Source: Magnetococcales bacterium (lineage in GTDB: Bacteria; Pseudomonadota; Magnetococcia; Magnetococcales; UBA8363). From it: 64,000 nucleotides of DNA. Made by a program: the position numbers and the translations under genes. Shown piece after piece: positions 30,019 to 39,732 of this stretch. The stretch covers positions 1,981 through 65,980 of the forward strand of contig JACSDG010000054.1 of the NCBI GenBank assembly GCA_015660855.1, written 5' to 3'. The stretch's first letter is position 1, and the number at the start of each line of letters is the position of its first letter. The notes under the pieces are model-generated. The model had not been told where the DNA came from. It saw only the letters and a list, made by a program, of their open reading frames with translations, and did no database searches.

Positions 30019-30189
30019 GTCCCCGAACCTCCGTGGACATATATGTCCCCGGATTCCCGCATATCGAAAGGCCGAATATGTGCCAGCAGTCACGACCCTG
30101 TTTGCGCCACCACAAAAAAAAACTCTTGCACTGGGGTACGGGTCCATATATGTCCCCGGATTCAAAGTGGACATGCAGTCCCCGGACTT
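30019..30189 (+). repeat. GTCCCCGG direct-repeat cluster (REP-like)
   Basis: CATATATGTCCCCGGATTC is identical at 30038-30056 and 30145-30163; degenerate copies at 30019 and 30167-30189. Confidence 0.8.
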
Positions 30190-30219
30190 AGACGGATTTC
30201 GGAATTATGGAATTATACC

Positions 30220-31563
30220 CTATATGTATTTTTCCACTATGACGTCACTAATTCCTGGGGATATAAATCCAACGTTTCTTGGATTTTCTTCAGGAGAAGG
30301 AAGCATCCGCAAATGATCTTTCCCTGACATCATCGCACCAAGAGTTTTTGCAATCATGATTTTCATCATTTTCCTTAATTTGTCACCGGCCAAATTGCCG
30401 AGAGCAGTGATTGCCATAATTCGCGCATCCGCGCTATCGTCAATTCTCTCAAAAAGAGCGTCTACAAGGTAACGGGATCGACGGCACATGTAGTAGCGAT
30501 AGTTTTTATGTACAAGACTATTGATAGATGAAGTCGGGTTAAACCAGATTTCATCAACATTCAGAAACGATTTTTGTATGCCAATGTCGTCCAGCCGCCT
30601 TAGTTGCAAGCCGGATGTCCAACCGTACTCCTCACCCTCCATGATAATTATCTTCTTTATGTTTTGTGCATCTAGATCTTGGAGTGCCTCCTTAAATATA
30701 GCATTGCAAGCAAACACTGTTTGGTTGTGACGCAGTTCAATATATCTCAATAAAAATTGCGCTAGATTCTGAAGCTTTACATCGTCCGCATCCTTAAATA
30801 TTGAGGCAAACCCCTTGGTACGACTCAAACCAACTATTCGTCTAGCCGACATGTCTGGAGCTATATCATCAATATATGAAATCCCATTTTCAGATTCTTG
30901 AAGGACAAGATTCCATGGATTTGGAAAATCCTGAAATAAAGCCATTAGATCAAATGAGGGGTCCATTTTAAAAAAAGCTTTACAGTTTGCACAAAAGCAT
31001 GTCAGATGAATCCTTCCTTGTTCTGCACCCATCCCCCATATGTTAACAACATCCAAAACCACACCTGCTAATCGTGTCTTGCTCGGATCAAGGCCTTGAG
31101 TAGCCAAATCAACCGCTGTGCCAAGAATTGCTCCAAGTAGATACTGGATCTTAGTGTTCCCGAAGCACACTCTTGGGGAGCCAATGCCCCGGGAATCCTC
31201 GACTTGTACAGCCTCAGATAACGCAAAAGGCAACCTCGGATCTATTGACAAATAGACTTCTCTAAATTCCCCGCTAACCATGCGTATTACAGCATTGAAA
31301 TTCCCGGCTCCAATATTGGCTTGCCTTAGTTGGCTCAACACGCGGGAATGCGGATACCGTATTCCATCAATGTCGAATAACAACCCATCAGCTTGAGAAA
31401 CTGGAATTACGATACCTGCCGGATCAGCCCCCCACGTTTCCACAAATCTTTTTTTATACTCTTTCATGGAACTGACTGTCAGAAGTCCTAGATGGGGAAT
31501 GTCTAACAGTCCACCCTGGTAGATGCGATCTCTCTCATTAGAAACTTGAAATTTTCTACCCAT
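30220..31563 (-). CDS. Hypothetical protein, possible glycoside-hydrolase-like TIM barrel with CxCxxC site
   Basis: 447-aa AT-rich ORF with AGGAGG RBS; VCFGN...LAGVVLD...TCFCANCKAFF. The fold call is inference. Confidence 0.7.
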   Translation of the reverse strand: MGRKFQVSNERDRIYQGGLLDIPHLGLLTVSSMKEYKKRFVETWGADPAGIVIPVSQADGLLFDIDGIRYPHSRVLSQLRQANIGAGNFNAVIRMVSGEFREVYLSIDPRLPFALSEAVQVEDSRGIGSPRVCFGNTKIQYLLGAILGTAVDLATQGLDPSKTRLAGVVLDVVNIWGMGAEQGRIHLTCFCANCKAFFKMDPSFDLMALFQDFPNPWNLVLQESENGISYIDDIAPDMSARRIVGLSRTKGFASIFKDADDVKLQNLAQFLLRYIELRHNQTVFACNAIFKEALQDLDAQNIKKIIIMEGEEYGWTSGLQLRRLDDIGIQKSFLNVDEIWFNPTSSINSLVHKNYRYYMCRRSRYLVDALFERIDDSADARIMAITALGNLAGDKLRKMMKIMIAKTLGAMMSGKDHLRMLPSPEENPRNVGFISPGISDVIVEKYI

Positions 31564-31565
31564 CA

Positions 31566-32718
31566 CTATATCCTCCTATCTAATTCAAAAAGTAAGTCGT
31601 GCCCCTTACCAGACACCCCAATCCCATCTGAGAACTCCCACAGATTACCTCTTACTATTTGCTCGCGCAGATAATTAACAGAAACATCATTTGCTATTCC
31701 CAATATACTTTCGACGACGTGTGAAAGAACAGCGAGGGATGAGACTTCTCCAGCCCTTTTCTTAAGAAAATCATTAACAATACGAATAATAACATAATCA
31801 TTTCTATGGGAACGATCTTTTTCATCAGAAGAATCGTTTCTATTGTGTTTAACAAAAGTATTATCGCGAAGCGGATTGAAATCACCAGAAATCACAGGTA
31901 AAGCATCCAATGCCTTCTGCTTTCCTCTATTATACAAATTCTCTTTGACATCCAGACCTACGGAGGTGTCTAAAGCTGAGACAGAAGACACGTCTACTTC
32001 AATAATACAGGATTCCCAAGGTAGTAACTTAAGGAGGAGTAATTGTAATTTCGCATTAGATAACATAGCCGCGCTAACAAGTTTTTTGCCAAGTGTTACT
32101 TTCCCAAATGGCCCCCAAGATTCGACACTATCTTTCAAGTGTACAGCAACAACCAGGGGTCGAAATAATTGCAACGACTCAACATTAGGCAAAACTTGTC
32201 TGTCAAGGAGAACGGAAACTGGTAAATTTGCAACGAGACCACCATCGGTAATAGAGTTCGCTAATTCACGTTTTGCTTGAAAAAAGAAAGGAAAACTGGA
32301 GGATGCAATAACCGCCTGCGTGACACTTTGCTCTGAAGTAACTTCTTTTGAATAGATAACATGGGAATAGCTAGTTAAATTGGTCGCTACCGCCACGAAC
32401 GGAATTTTTAAATCGTTAAAATTCACTTTACGGTTGTCATTAAGAGCAAGTTTGCGGCGCATTTCTTCTTCATACCATAACGCCAGCAGACCTTCATCTA
32501 TACAACCCGAAATTCATTTTTAAAAGAACAGAATATAATTCTTCACTCTCATAGCCCGCAGCGATCATTCCCCCAACCAATGCTCCGGCCGATGTCCCAA
32601 TAACATACCTAACGGAATACCCTTTTTCACATAAGGTGGCATAAACTCCAGCATGGGCCAACCCCCTAACTCCGCCCCCGGACAGAATAAAAATGACGTC
32701 TCTATTTGGCTTGGTCAT
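31566..32718 (-). pseudogene. Patatin-like phospholipase with extra C-terminal domain, frameshifted near 32500
   Basis: LSGGGVRG and GTSAG in ORF 32494-32793; VATNL, ASSSFPFFF and TDGGLVANLP in ORF 31566-32462. Confidence 0.85.
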
Positions 32719-32896
32719 ACCCCGACTCTCGCGATTTTCTTCTATGGAAAATAAATTCGACCGGTTTCCGACAAAAAAACCGTGATATATCATCGCCGGA
32801 TTTTTTCGAGAATGGCATTTTCCCTTTGTTGTGCCGACCTACCTATTTCTTTTCAATAAACTCCAAAGGTTAAATGCGACAAAGCAGGAATAATGA

Positions 32897-32965
32897 GGCT
32901 CTGCCTCCAAACCTCCGCCGGGGGGGATGATCCCCCCCGGACCCCCGCGATAGTTAAAAACCTTT
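32897..32965. repeat. Intergenic modular hairpin repeat
   Basis: GCCTCCAAACCTCCGCCGGGGGG..ATGATCCCCCC..GGACCCCCGC matches the reverse complement of 44178-44228 and matches 53690-53730. Confidence 0.75.
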
Positions 32966-32982
32966 TTTAAAAAAGCGGGGGA

Positions 32983-33291
32983 CTAATGGGCAGCTTTCTT
33001 CTTTTTTCTTTCCGCGTGGGTTTTGAGTTCCTCTGTAAGTGTGTCAATGGTCTCGTTGACGGCCGAAACCACAGTCGCGGATTCTTTGGTGGCGGTAATC
33101 GTGTTGCCGGGAACGTTGATGATCGCCTTGGCCTCAGCCCGCTGCTCGTTCTTATGCGCATGCCTTTCAATGGTAAACCTGGCACTGGTAATAGGACCGA
33201 AACGTTGATCCAAATTTTCAAGCCGCTTGGTAATCCGTTCCTTCAACTCATCGCCTATATCCAACTGACGGCCTTCAAGTTTTATTTCCAT
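32983..33291 (-). CDS. hpf: Ribosome hibernation promoting factor / RaiA family
   Basis: MEIKLEGRQLDIGDELKERITKRLENL...AINETIDTL pattern, 102 aa. Confidence 0.8.
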   Translation of the reverse strand: MEIKLEGRQLDIGDELKERITKRLENLDQRFGPITSARFTIERHAHKNEQRAEAKAIINVPGNTITATKESATVVSAVNETIDTLTEELKTHAERKKKKAAH

Positions 33292-33425
33292 TGATTTTTA
33301 TCCTTTTTATCCAGAGGTCCTTCCCAAGATCCCAGAAATCCCACCCTGTACAGTGCGACAACTGGGACGCCCGTTTTCAAGCATGGACCATTCACACCCT
33401 CCAAGATAACCAAGTTACGCCGATA

Positions 33426-33469
33426 ACTTTCTGCCAGAGAGAAAAACACACCTCTCTCCGGCAGAAAGT
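33426..33469 (-). terminator. Hairpin downstream of oadA, possible terminator
   Basis: ACTTTCTGCC-AGAGAG...CTCTCT..GGCAGAAAGT, about 15 nt after the stop; weak U tract. Confidence 0.5.
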
Positions 33470-33483
33470 CCCAGAACGCTTCC

Positions 33484-35319
33484 TCAAGAAATGGTCAGCA
33501 AAGGAGCACCAACGTTGACCAGATCCCCCTTCTTGACGTTAATGGCGGTCACCGTCCCATCCCTGGGAGACTGAATCTCCGCTTCCATCTTCATGGCTTC
33601 GATGATAACGATGACTTCTCCTGCTTTCACCTGTTTGCCAACCTCGGCCACCACCTTGCAAATGGTACCCGCCAGATTGGAGGGAACCGTCGTGCTTTTT
33701 CCGTCCGCCGCCACCGGTGCCGCCGCAGCCTTGGAAGCCCCCGCTTTGCGGGATTTCGCCGGTTGACGGGGAGACGCCTCTCCTCCCGCTACAGGGACAA
33801 AACCCCAACGCATCGAATGAATGTCCCCAATGTAGACCAGGCGTTTTCCCTCTTGTCCGCTCGCTGCCGGTGCCGCTGCCGCCGCTGCCGGTGCCGCCGC
33901 TTCCGCTTTGGGCTTGGCCGCCTCGACCCCGGGAGGGGGTTCAAAAGCTCCCGGATTGTCGCGGTTTTGCAAAAATTTTAAACCAACCTGGGCAAACAAG
34001 GCATAGATCATCACATCATCAATGACATCCTTCGCCAGTTTGATCCCCTTCTCCGCCGCCAGCTTTTTCACTTCATCGGTGAGTTTATCCACCTCCGGTT
34101 CCAAAAGATCGGCGGGACGGCAAGTGACCGGTTTCTCCCCCTTTTCCAAAACCCGCGCCTGAAGTTCCTTGTTCATCGGCGCCGGCGTGGCACCATACTC
34201 GCCCCGCAAAATACCCCGGGTCTCCTTGGCAATGGATTTGTACCGCTCACCACTCAAAACGTTGAACACCGCTTGGCTTCCGACAATCTGCGAGGTCGGG
34301 GTGACCAGGGGAATGTAACCCAAATCTTTGCGAACCCGGGGAATCTCTTCAAGAACAGCGTCAAACTTGTCGAGTGCCCCCTGCTCTTTCAACTGGCTTT
34401 CCATGTTGGTCAGCATGCCGCCCGGAACCTGGGCCACCAGAATGCGCGAATCCACCCCTCTGAGGCTCCCTTCAAACTTGGCATATTTTTTCCGCACTTC
34501 ACGGAAATAGGCGGCGATTTCTTCCAACAGCTTGATGTCCAGACCCGTATCACGCGAAGTTCCCTCAAGAATGGAAACAACCGACTCGGTGGCGGAATGG
34601 CCGTAAGTCATGCACATCGAAGAAATGGAGGTGTCCACCATGTCAATCCCGGCTTCCGCCGCTTTGAGGATGGTCGCCGTGGACATGCCGGTGGTGGCGT
34701 GGCAGTGCATGGATATGGGCAGTTTGACGGTCTCTTTGAGTTTGGAAACCAATTCCTCCGCCGTATACGGCTTGAGCAGCCCAGCCATGTCCTTGATGCA
34801 GATGGAGTGGGTTCCCAAATCTTCCATTTGCTTGGCCATATCCAGCCAAAACTGGGTTTTATGAACCGGACTCAGGGTGTAGGACAGCGTCCCCTGGGCA
34901 TGCTTGCCCACCTTGACGACCGAGCGGATCGCCGTTTCCAGGTTGCGTACATCGTTCATGGCGTCGAAAATGCGGAAGACATCCATTCCATTGACGGCAC
35001 AACGCTCCACAAATTTTTCCACCACATCATCGGCATAATGGCGATAGCCCAAAATATTCTGTCCCCGAAACAGCATCTGCATGGGGGTGTTGGGCATGGC
35101 CGCTTTCAGGCGGCGCAGCCGCTCCCAGGGGTCTTCTCCCAGAAAGCGAATACAGGCATCAAAGGTCGCTCCACCCCAGGTCTCAAGAGACCAATATCCG
35201 ATTTTATCCAGCTTGGCGGCAATCGGCAGCATGTCGTCGATACGCATGCGCGTGGCAAACAGAGACTGGTGAGCGTCCCGCAGAACGACCTCGGTAATTC
35301 CAAGTGGCTTTTTTTTCAT
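33484..35319 (-). CDS. oadA: Oxaloacetate decarboxylase alpha / pyruvate carboxylase B subunit
   Basis: [39 protein letters not shown]-terminal biotinyl EAMKME. Confidence 0.9.
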   Translation of the reverse strand: MKKKPLGITEVVLRDAHQSLFATRMRIDDMLPIAAKLDKIGYWSLETWGGATFDACIRFLGEDPWERLRRLKAAMPNTPMQMLFRGQNILGYRHYADDVVEKFVERCAVNGMDVFRIFDAMNDVRNLETAIRSVVKVGKHAQGTLSYTLSPVHKTQFWLDMAKQMEDLGTHSICIKDMAGLLKPYTAEELVSKLKETVKLPISMHCHATTGMSTATILKAAEAGIDMVDTSISSMCMTYGHSATESVVSILEGTSRDTGLDIKLLEEIAAYFREVRKKYAKFEGSLRGVDSRILVAQVPGGMLTNMESQLKEQGALDKFDAVLEEIPRVRKDLGYIPLVTPTSQIVGSQAVFNVLSGERYKSIAKETRGILRGEYGATPAPMNKELQARVLEKGEKPVTCRPADLLEPEVDKLTDEVKKLAAEKGIKLAKDVIDDVMIYALFAQVGLKFLQNRDNPGAFEPPPGVEAAKPKAEAAAPAAAAAAPAASGQEGKRLVYIGDIHSMRWGFVPVAGGEASPRQPAKSRKAGASKAAAAPVAADGKSTTVPSNLAGTICKVVAEVGKQVKAGEVIVIIEAMKMEAEIQSPRDGTVTAINVKKGDLVNVGAPLLTIS

Positions 35320-35389
35320 GGTTTTTCCATATTTTCTGTTTGGTTAAGTTGATTAAGAACCAAGTCGGTAAACGGGAAATCTATAAAAC

Positions 35390-35540
35390 CAAGCTCCCCC
35401 CTCGCCCTCCTGTCGGACATGACGCACTTAGGGTAAGAGCCAAAACCCTGGGTACTCCACCTCTAAATCCCTACCCGTGCGGATGGTCCCCCCGGCCCCC
35501 CGCAATGATTTTTGCCAAACGGTGTTCTCTCGATACACAA
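35390..35540. repeat. Degenerate modular intergenic repeat
   Basis: ACATGACGCACTTAGGGTAAGAGCCAAAACCCTGGG...CCCCCGGCCCCCCGCAATGATTTTTGCCAAAC parallels 53641-53744. Confidence 0.6.
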
Positions 35541-35562
35541 ATATTCAGCTCTCCACCGAGGA

Positions 35563-36450
35563 TCATACCACTTTTTTTAAATCAAATTCCAGGATACCTA
35601 TGGCCCCCGCCTTTTTTAACAGGGGGATAAGATCCCGAACCCGGTCCCGGTCCACCACTGTTTCTACCGCACGCCAAGCTGTGTCCAAAAGGGGATTGAC
35701 GGTCGGGGATTGTAAACTGGGAAGAATGGCCATGACGGCATCAAGGCAGTGGGCCGGCACATTCATTTTCAACATGACCTTGTGCCGTGCATCGAGGGCC
35801 GCGCTCAACAGCAGGGCGATCTGTTCAATCTTTCCCCGCTTCCACGGATCCTCCATTGCCTTGGGGTTGGCGATGAGTTTGGTGCGCGTTTCCAAAAGTT
35901 CTTCGACGATTCTCAGCCGGTGCGCCCTGAGCGTGGATCCGGTTTCGGTAATTTCTACGATGGCGTCCACCAAACCTTCCACCACTTTGGCTTCCGTGGC
36001 CCCCCAGGAAAAAATGATTTCCGCCTGAACCCCCCGATCCTCCAGGTAGCGGCGGGTGAAACTTTGCAGCTCGGTGGCGATCCTTTTACCTTGAAGATCT
36101 TTGATGTCCTTGATGGGAGAATCTTCCGGAGCAACCAAAACCCAGCGGCAGGGTTTGTTTGAATTTTTGGAATACTCCAGGGTGGCCACCTCGGTGACCT
36201 TGTCCTGGCAGTCGCGCTCAATGATCCAGTCCCATCCCGTCAAAGCCACATCCAGCGTCCCGTCCGCGACATACACCGCCATTTCCTGCGGGCGCATGAG
36301 CTTGCAGACCAGTGATGGATCGTCTATCGCGGGAAAATAGTTGCGCGAGTTGATGGAAATGGCCCAGCCCGCCTGGGCAAAGAGTTCGACGGTGGCCTTC
36401 TCCAGGCTGCCCTTGGGGATACCCAGTTTAAGTTGCGGTGTTGAATTCAT
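35563..36450 (-). CDS. hisG: ATP phosphoribosyltransferase (long form)
   Basis: LKLGIPKGSL, WGATEAK, VEITETGSTLRAH, C-terminal SPTV domain. Confidence 0.95.
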   Translation of the reverse strand: MNSTPQLKLGIPKGSLEKATVELFAQAGWAISINSRNYFPAIDDPSLVCKLMRPQEMAVYVADGTLDVALTGWDWIIERDCQDKVTEVATLEYSKNSNKPCRWVLVAPEDSPIKDIKDLQGKRIATELQSFTRRYLEDRGVQAEIIFSWGATEAKVVEGLVDAIVEITETGSTLRAHRLRIVEELLETRTKLIANPKAMEDPWKRGKIEQIALLLSAALDARHKVMLKMNVPAHCLDAVMAILPSLQSPTVNPLLDTAWRAVETVVDRDRVRDLIPLLKKAGAIGILEFDLKKVV

Positions 36451-37153
36451 TGATGGTTGCCATGGTTGACCGCGGACTCGGCAGGAGTCCGATGAGTTGG
36501 TTGAAATGATGAATGATCCCATCAGGTTTTAAATCTTCAAGGGGCAAACCTCGGTTGTAACCGTGACTCACCATGATCAGACCGCAACCGGCGTTCCGGG
36601 CGGCCAGGCTGTCGGTTTCCGAATCCCCGATCATGATGGTTGCCGCCGCCGGCGTCCCCAATTGACGCATGGCATGGACCATGGGGAGCGGATGCGGTTT
36701 GCGTTCCGGGAGGGTATCACCACCCACCACCACCGGAAAAAAACGCCTGAGGTTGAGTTTTTCCAGCATCAAATGGGTCAAATATTCGGGTTTGTTAGTG
36801 ACCAGAGCCAGGGCAAAACCTTGCCGCTGCAAAGTTTCCAGGGTATCCACGACCCCCGGATAGGGGTGGGAATGATCGATGATGTGCTCGCGGTAATAGT
36901 CAAGAAAATCTTTCACCGCCGCTTCAAAATCGGGATCATTGACCGGGGGGGTGGCTTCCAGGCCCCAAAATCCCCTGGCCAACAAAAAACGCGCCCCATT
37001 GCCCACATAGTCACGCACCTGCTCCAGGGGAAGTGCCGCATGCCCACGCAGGCACAGTACATGATTGGTGGCGCGCCAAAGATCGGGGGCCGAATCCACC
37101 AGGGTACCGTCAAGATCAAACAACAGGGCCTGGCACGTTTGAAAAAGAGTCAT
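36428..37153 (-). CDS. gph: Phosphoglycolate phosphatase (HAD)
   Basis: FDLDGTLVDSAPD, TNKP, KPHP, IGDSETD. Confidence 0.9.
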   Translation of the reverse strand: MTLFQTCQALLFDLDGTLVDSAPDLWRATNHVLCLRGHAALPLEQVRDYVGNGARFLLARGFWGLEATPPVNDPDFEAAVKDFLDYYREHIIDHSHPYPGVVDTLETLQRQGFALALVTNKPEYLTHLMLEKLNLRRFFPVVVGGDTLPERKPHPLPMVHAMRQLGTPAAATIMIGDSETDSLAARNAGCGLIMVSHGYNRGLPLEDLKPDGIIHHFNQLIGLLPSPRSTMATINEFNTAT

Positions 37154-37680
37154 ATTTCCATCCGGGCAATATAGGGCAATTCTCGATGGTTGCCGGCATG
37201 GTCCAAACCGTAACCCACCATGAAACCATCGGGAACGCTGAACCCCACATGATCGCACGCCACCGGGGTCTGTCTCCCCGAAGGTTTGTCCAGAAAAACG
37301 GCGGTGACCAGTTCTGCCACTCCTTTGTCGATCAGGTGCCTCTGGAGAGTTTTTAGGGTGTGTCCCGAATCAAGAATGTCGTCCAGCAACAATACCCATT
37401 TTCCCTGAACGTTCAGGGTGCTGTCCAAAAGGATTTTAACCTTTCCCGATCGGGCTACTCCCGAACCATACGACGACACGGTGATAAAATCCATCCGGGG
37501 GCGAAGCCCCAGACGACTCAAAGCGCGAACCAGATCCGCCGTAAACATGAAAGCCCCATTCATGATTCCAATGACGATGGGGTCGGGCGGCAACTGCGGA
37601 TACAGTTCCTGGGCCAACTCAGTGATGCGGCGATGGATTTGATCTTCGTCCAGAAACATGGACAGCACGGAAGAATTCAT
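37150..37680 (-). CDS. hpt: Hypoxanthine phosphoribosyltransferase
   Basis: SSYG, VLLLDDILDSGHTL, FMVGYGLD...RELPYI. Confidence 0.93.
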   Translation of the reverse strand: MNSSVLSMFLDEDQIHRRITELAQELYPQLPPDPIVIGIMNGAFMFTADLVRALSRLGLRPRMDFITVSSYGSGVARSGKVKILLDSTLNVQGKWVLLLDDILDSGHTLKTLQRHLIDKGVAELVTAVFLDKPSGRQTPVACDHVGFSVPDGFMVGYGLDHAGNHRELPYIARMEI

Positions 37681-38357
37681 CCCTTCCCCTTTTCCAGTAA
37701 AAACACCGCCACCGGGGCCAGCAGGTTGGAAACGGTTCGGGGAAGAATTTTGACCAAGTGCCTTTTAAGGGGGCTGCGCGGCAATCCACCCCACGCCGCC
37801 AAGGGAATCTGCTCAATGATGTTGATTCCCATCTGCCGACACAAATCCTGGAAATCAAGGATGGAACACATGTGTATGTTCGGGGTGTTGAACCATTCGT
37901 AGGGCAGCATGGGTGTTTTGGGCATGCGTCCGGAAACGAGAAGTTTCAGGCGAATGTTCCAATGGCCAAAGTTGGGAAAGGAAACGATGATTTTTTTGCC
38001 GACCCGCAACATTTCACGCATGACAAATCTGGGACGGCGTACCGCCTGGAGGGTTTGCGATAAAATGACATAGTCGAAGGCCCCATCGGTGTGATCCGAT
38101 AACCCCTGGTCGATGTCACCATGGTAGACCGGAAGACCTCGGGCGATGCAAGCGTGCATCCCTTGGGTGGAAATTTCCACCCCGAACCCGCGCGCATTTT
38201 TATTGTTGATAAGGTATTCCAGGAGCAAACCATCGCCACAGCCCAGATCAAGGACTCGTGCCCCGTTGCCAACGAGTCCGGCGATGACTTCCTGGTCGAT
38301 GCGAAGATCGGAAGACCTAGCCGGAGGGGCGGAGGATGATTCATGGCTTTCCGTCAT
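37677..38357 (-). CDS. metW: Methionine biosynthesis protein MetW
   Basis: VLDLGCGDG, ILSQTLQ, VSFPNFGHW, WFNTPNIH; adjacent to metX. Confidence 0.93.
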   Translation of the reverse strand: MTESHESSSAPPARSSDLRIDQEVIAGLVGNGARVLDLGCGDGLLLEYLINNKNARGFGVEISTQGMHACIARGLPVYHGDIDQGLSDHTDGAFDYVILSQTLQAVRRPRFVMREMLRVGKKIIVSFPNFGHWNIRLKLLVSGRMPKTPMLPYEWFNTPNIHMCSILDFQDLCRQMGINIIEQIPLAAWGGLPRSPLKRHLVKILPRTVSNLLAPVAVFLLEKGKG

Positions 38358-39541
38358 GGATGCGAATCTTTCTGGGGCTGACGCCGCATGTGTTCGTTGT
38401 AAAGTCGATTGATGAATGTGGCTATCGAAAGCTGGTATTCATGATCCGGCAATAAGAACGAATCGTGGCCATGGGGAGAGTGAAATTCCTGATAGGAAAC
38501 GTTTTTTTGATGCAAATTAAGGATACGCACCAATTCTTTGGAGCGGGAACTGTCAAAACGCCAGTCGGTGTCGAAACTCATGACAAACAGGCGGGCGTTG
38601 ACACTTTTCAAGTGCCGGGCGGTGGTTTCCGGATCGGGAAACGGATCGAAATAGTCCATGGCCTTGGTGATGTAAAGATAGGTATTGGCATCAAATTTTT
38701 TGCCGAAGGTCGATCCCTGGTGTTTAAGGTAGGATTCTACGGCAAAGTCGGTTTCCAGGGCGAAAGAAAAATTTTCCCGATTTTGCAAGCGGCGGCCAAA
38801 TTTTTCATGCAAACCCTTTTCCGACAAATAGGTGATGTGGGCCATCATGCGGGCCACCGACAATCCCCGTTCCGGTTTGGGACCCTGGTAATAGTTTCCA
38901 TGGTTAAAATCGGGATCCTGGGTGATGGCTTGCCGGGCGACGGCGTTAAAGGCAATATTTTGGGCCGACAACCGGGGGGTGGAGGCGATTACCAGGGCAC
39001 CGGAAACGCTGTCGGGATAGTCCAATACCCATTGCAATGCCATCATTCCCCCCATGGACCCCCCTGCGACCGCCAGAACCTTGTGTATTCCCAGATGTTT
39101 GAGCAATTCCCTTTGCAGGCGGACCATGTCACCGATGGTGATCAATGGAAAGTCCAGGGCGTAGGGTTTGCCGGTTTTCGGGTCGATGCTGGAAGGGCCG
39201 GAGGTGCCGTCACAACCGCCAAGATTGTTGGAGCAGATCACAAAAAACCGGTCGGTGTCAAAGGGTTTACCGGGACCAATATAGCCATCCCACCATCCGG
39301 TTTTGGTATCGGCAGCGTGATGACGTCCGGCGGCGTGGGCATTGCCGGAGAGGGCATGACAGATCAAAATAACGTTGCTGGAATCGCTGTTGCGTTTGCC
39401 GTAGGTCTCATAGGCGACGTTGATGGGCCCAAGAGCGGCTCCGCTATCGAGACGCAAAGGTTCGCCTTGTTCAAAAAGCGTGATGGCCTGGGTGGTTACC
39501 AGTCCCACGGAACCGGGATCGTGTGCAGGGTCTTGGTTCAT
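38354..39541 (-). CDS. metX: Homoserine O-acyltransferase
   Basis: CHALSG, GWWDGYIGPGK, GGSMGGM, ARMMAHITY, HGHDSFL. Confidence 0.95.
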   Translation of the reverse strand: MNQDPAHDPGSVGLVTTQAITLFEQGEPLRLDSGAALGPINVAYETYGKRNSDSSNVILICHALSGNAHAAGRHHAADTKTGWWDGYIGPGKPFDTDRFFVICSNNLGGCDGTSGPSSIDPKTGKPYALDFPLITIGDMVRLQRELLKHLGIHKVLAVAGGSMGGMMALQWVLDYPDSVSGALVIASTPRLSAQNIAFNAVARQAITQDPDFNHGNYYQGPKPERGLSVARMMAHITYLSEKGLHEKFGRRLQNRENFSFALETDFAVESYLKHQGSTFGKKFDANTYLYITKAMDYFDPFPDPETTARHLKSVNARLFVMSFDTDWRFDSSRSKELVRILNLHQKNVSYQEFHSPHGHDSFLLPDHEYQLSIATFINRLYNEHMRRQPQKDSHP

Positions 39542-39732
39542 GGATCCTTCAATGCTTGAGCCATTCCGAAGCCAACAGCCAAATTTTCCATCCATTTTCC
39601 CTTTACGTCAAGGGGTTGTCCATGCAGGCAGGGATGCGATGGTTGCTCTTCCTTGACCCTGAAGGGGGTTTATGGAGATGATCACCCTTTTGTGCGTGGT
39701 CGCTTTTTTATTCCAGAATGAAGGTTTGATCG

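Noticed and set aside
30019-30189. GTCCCC repeats as a CRISPR array
   Set aside because: Only two identical 19-mers, irregular spacing and no cas genes.
30220-32718. Patatin operon as canonical CBASS
   Set aside because: The partner lacks the CD-NTase GS...DxD motif, and no cap2/cap3 or other cyclase gene is nearby.
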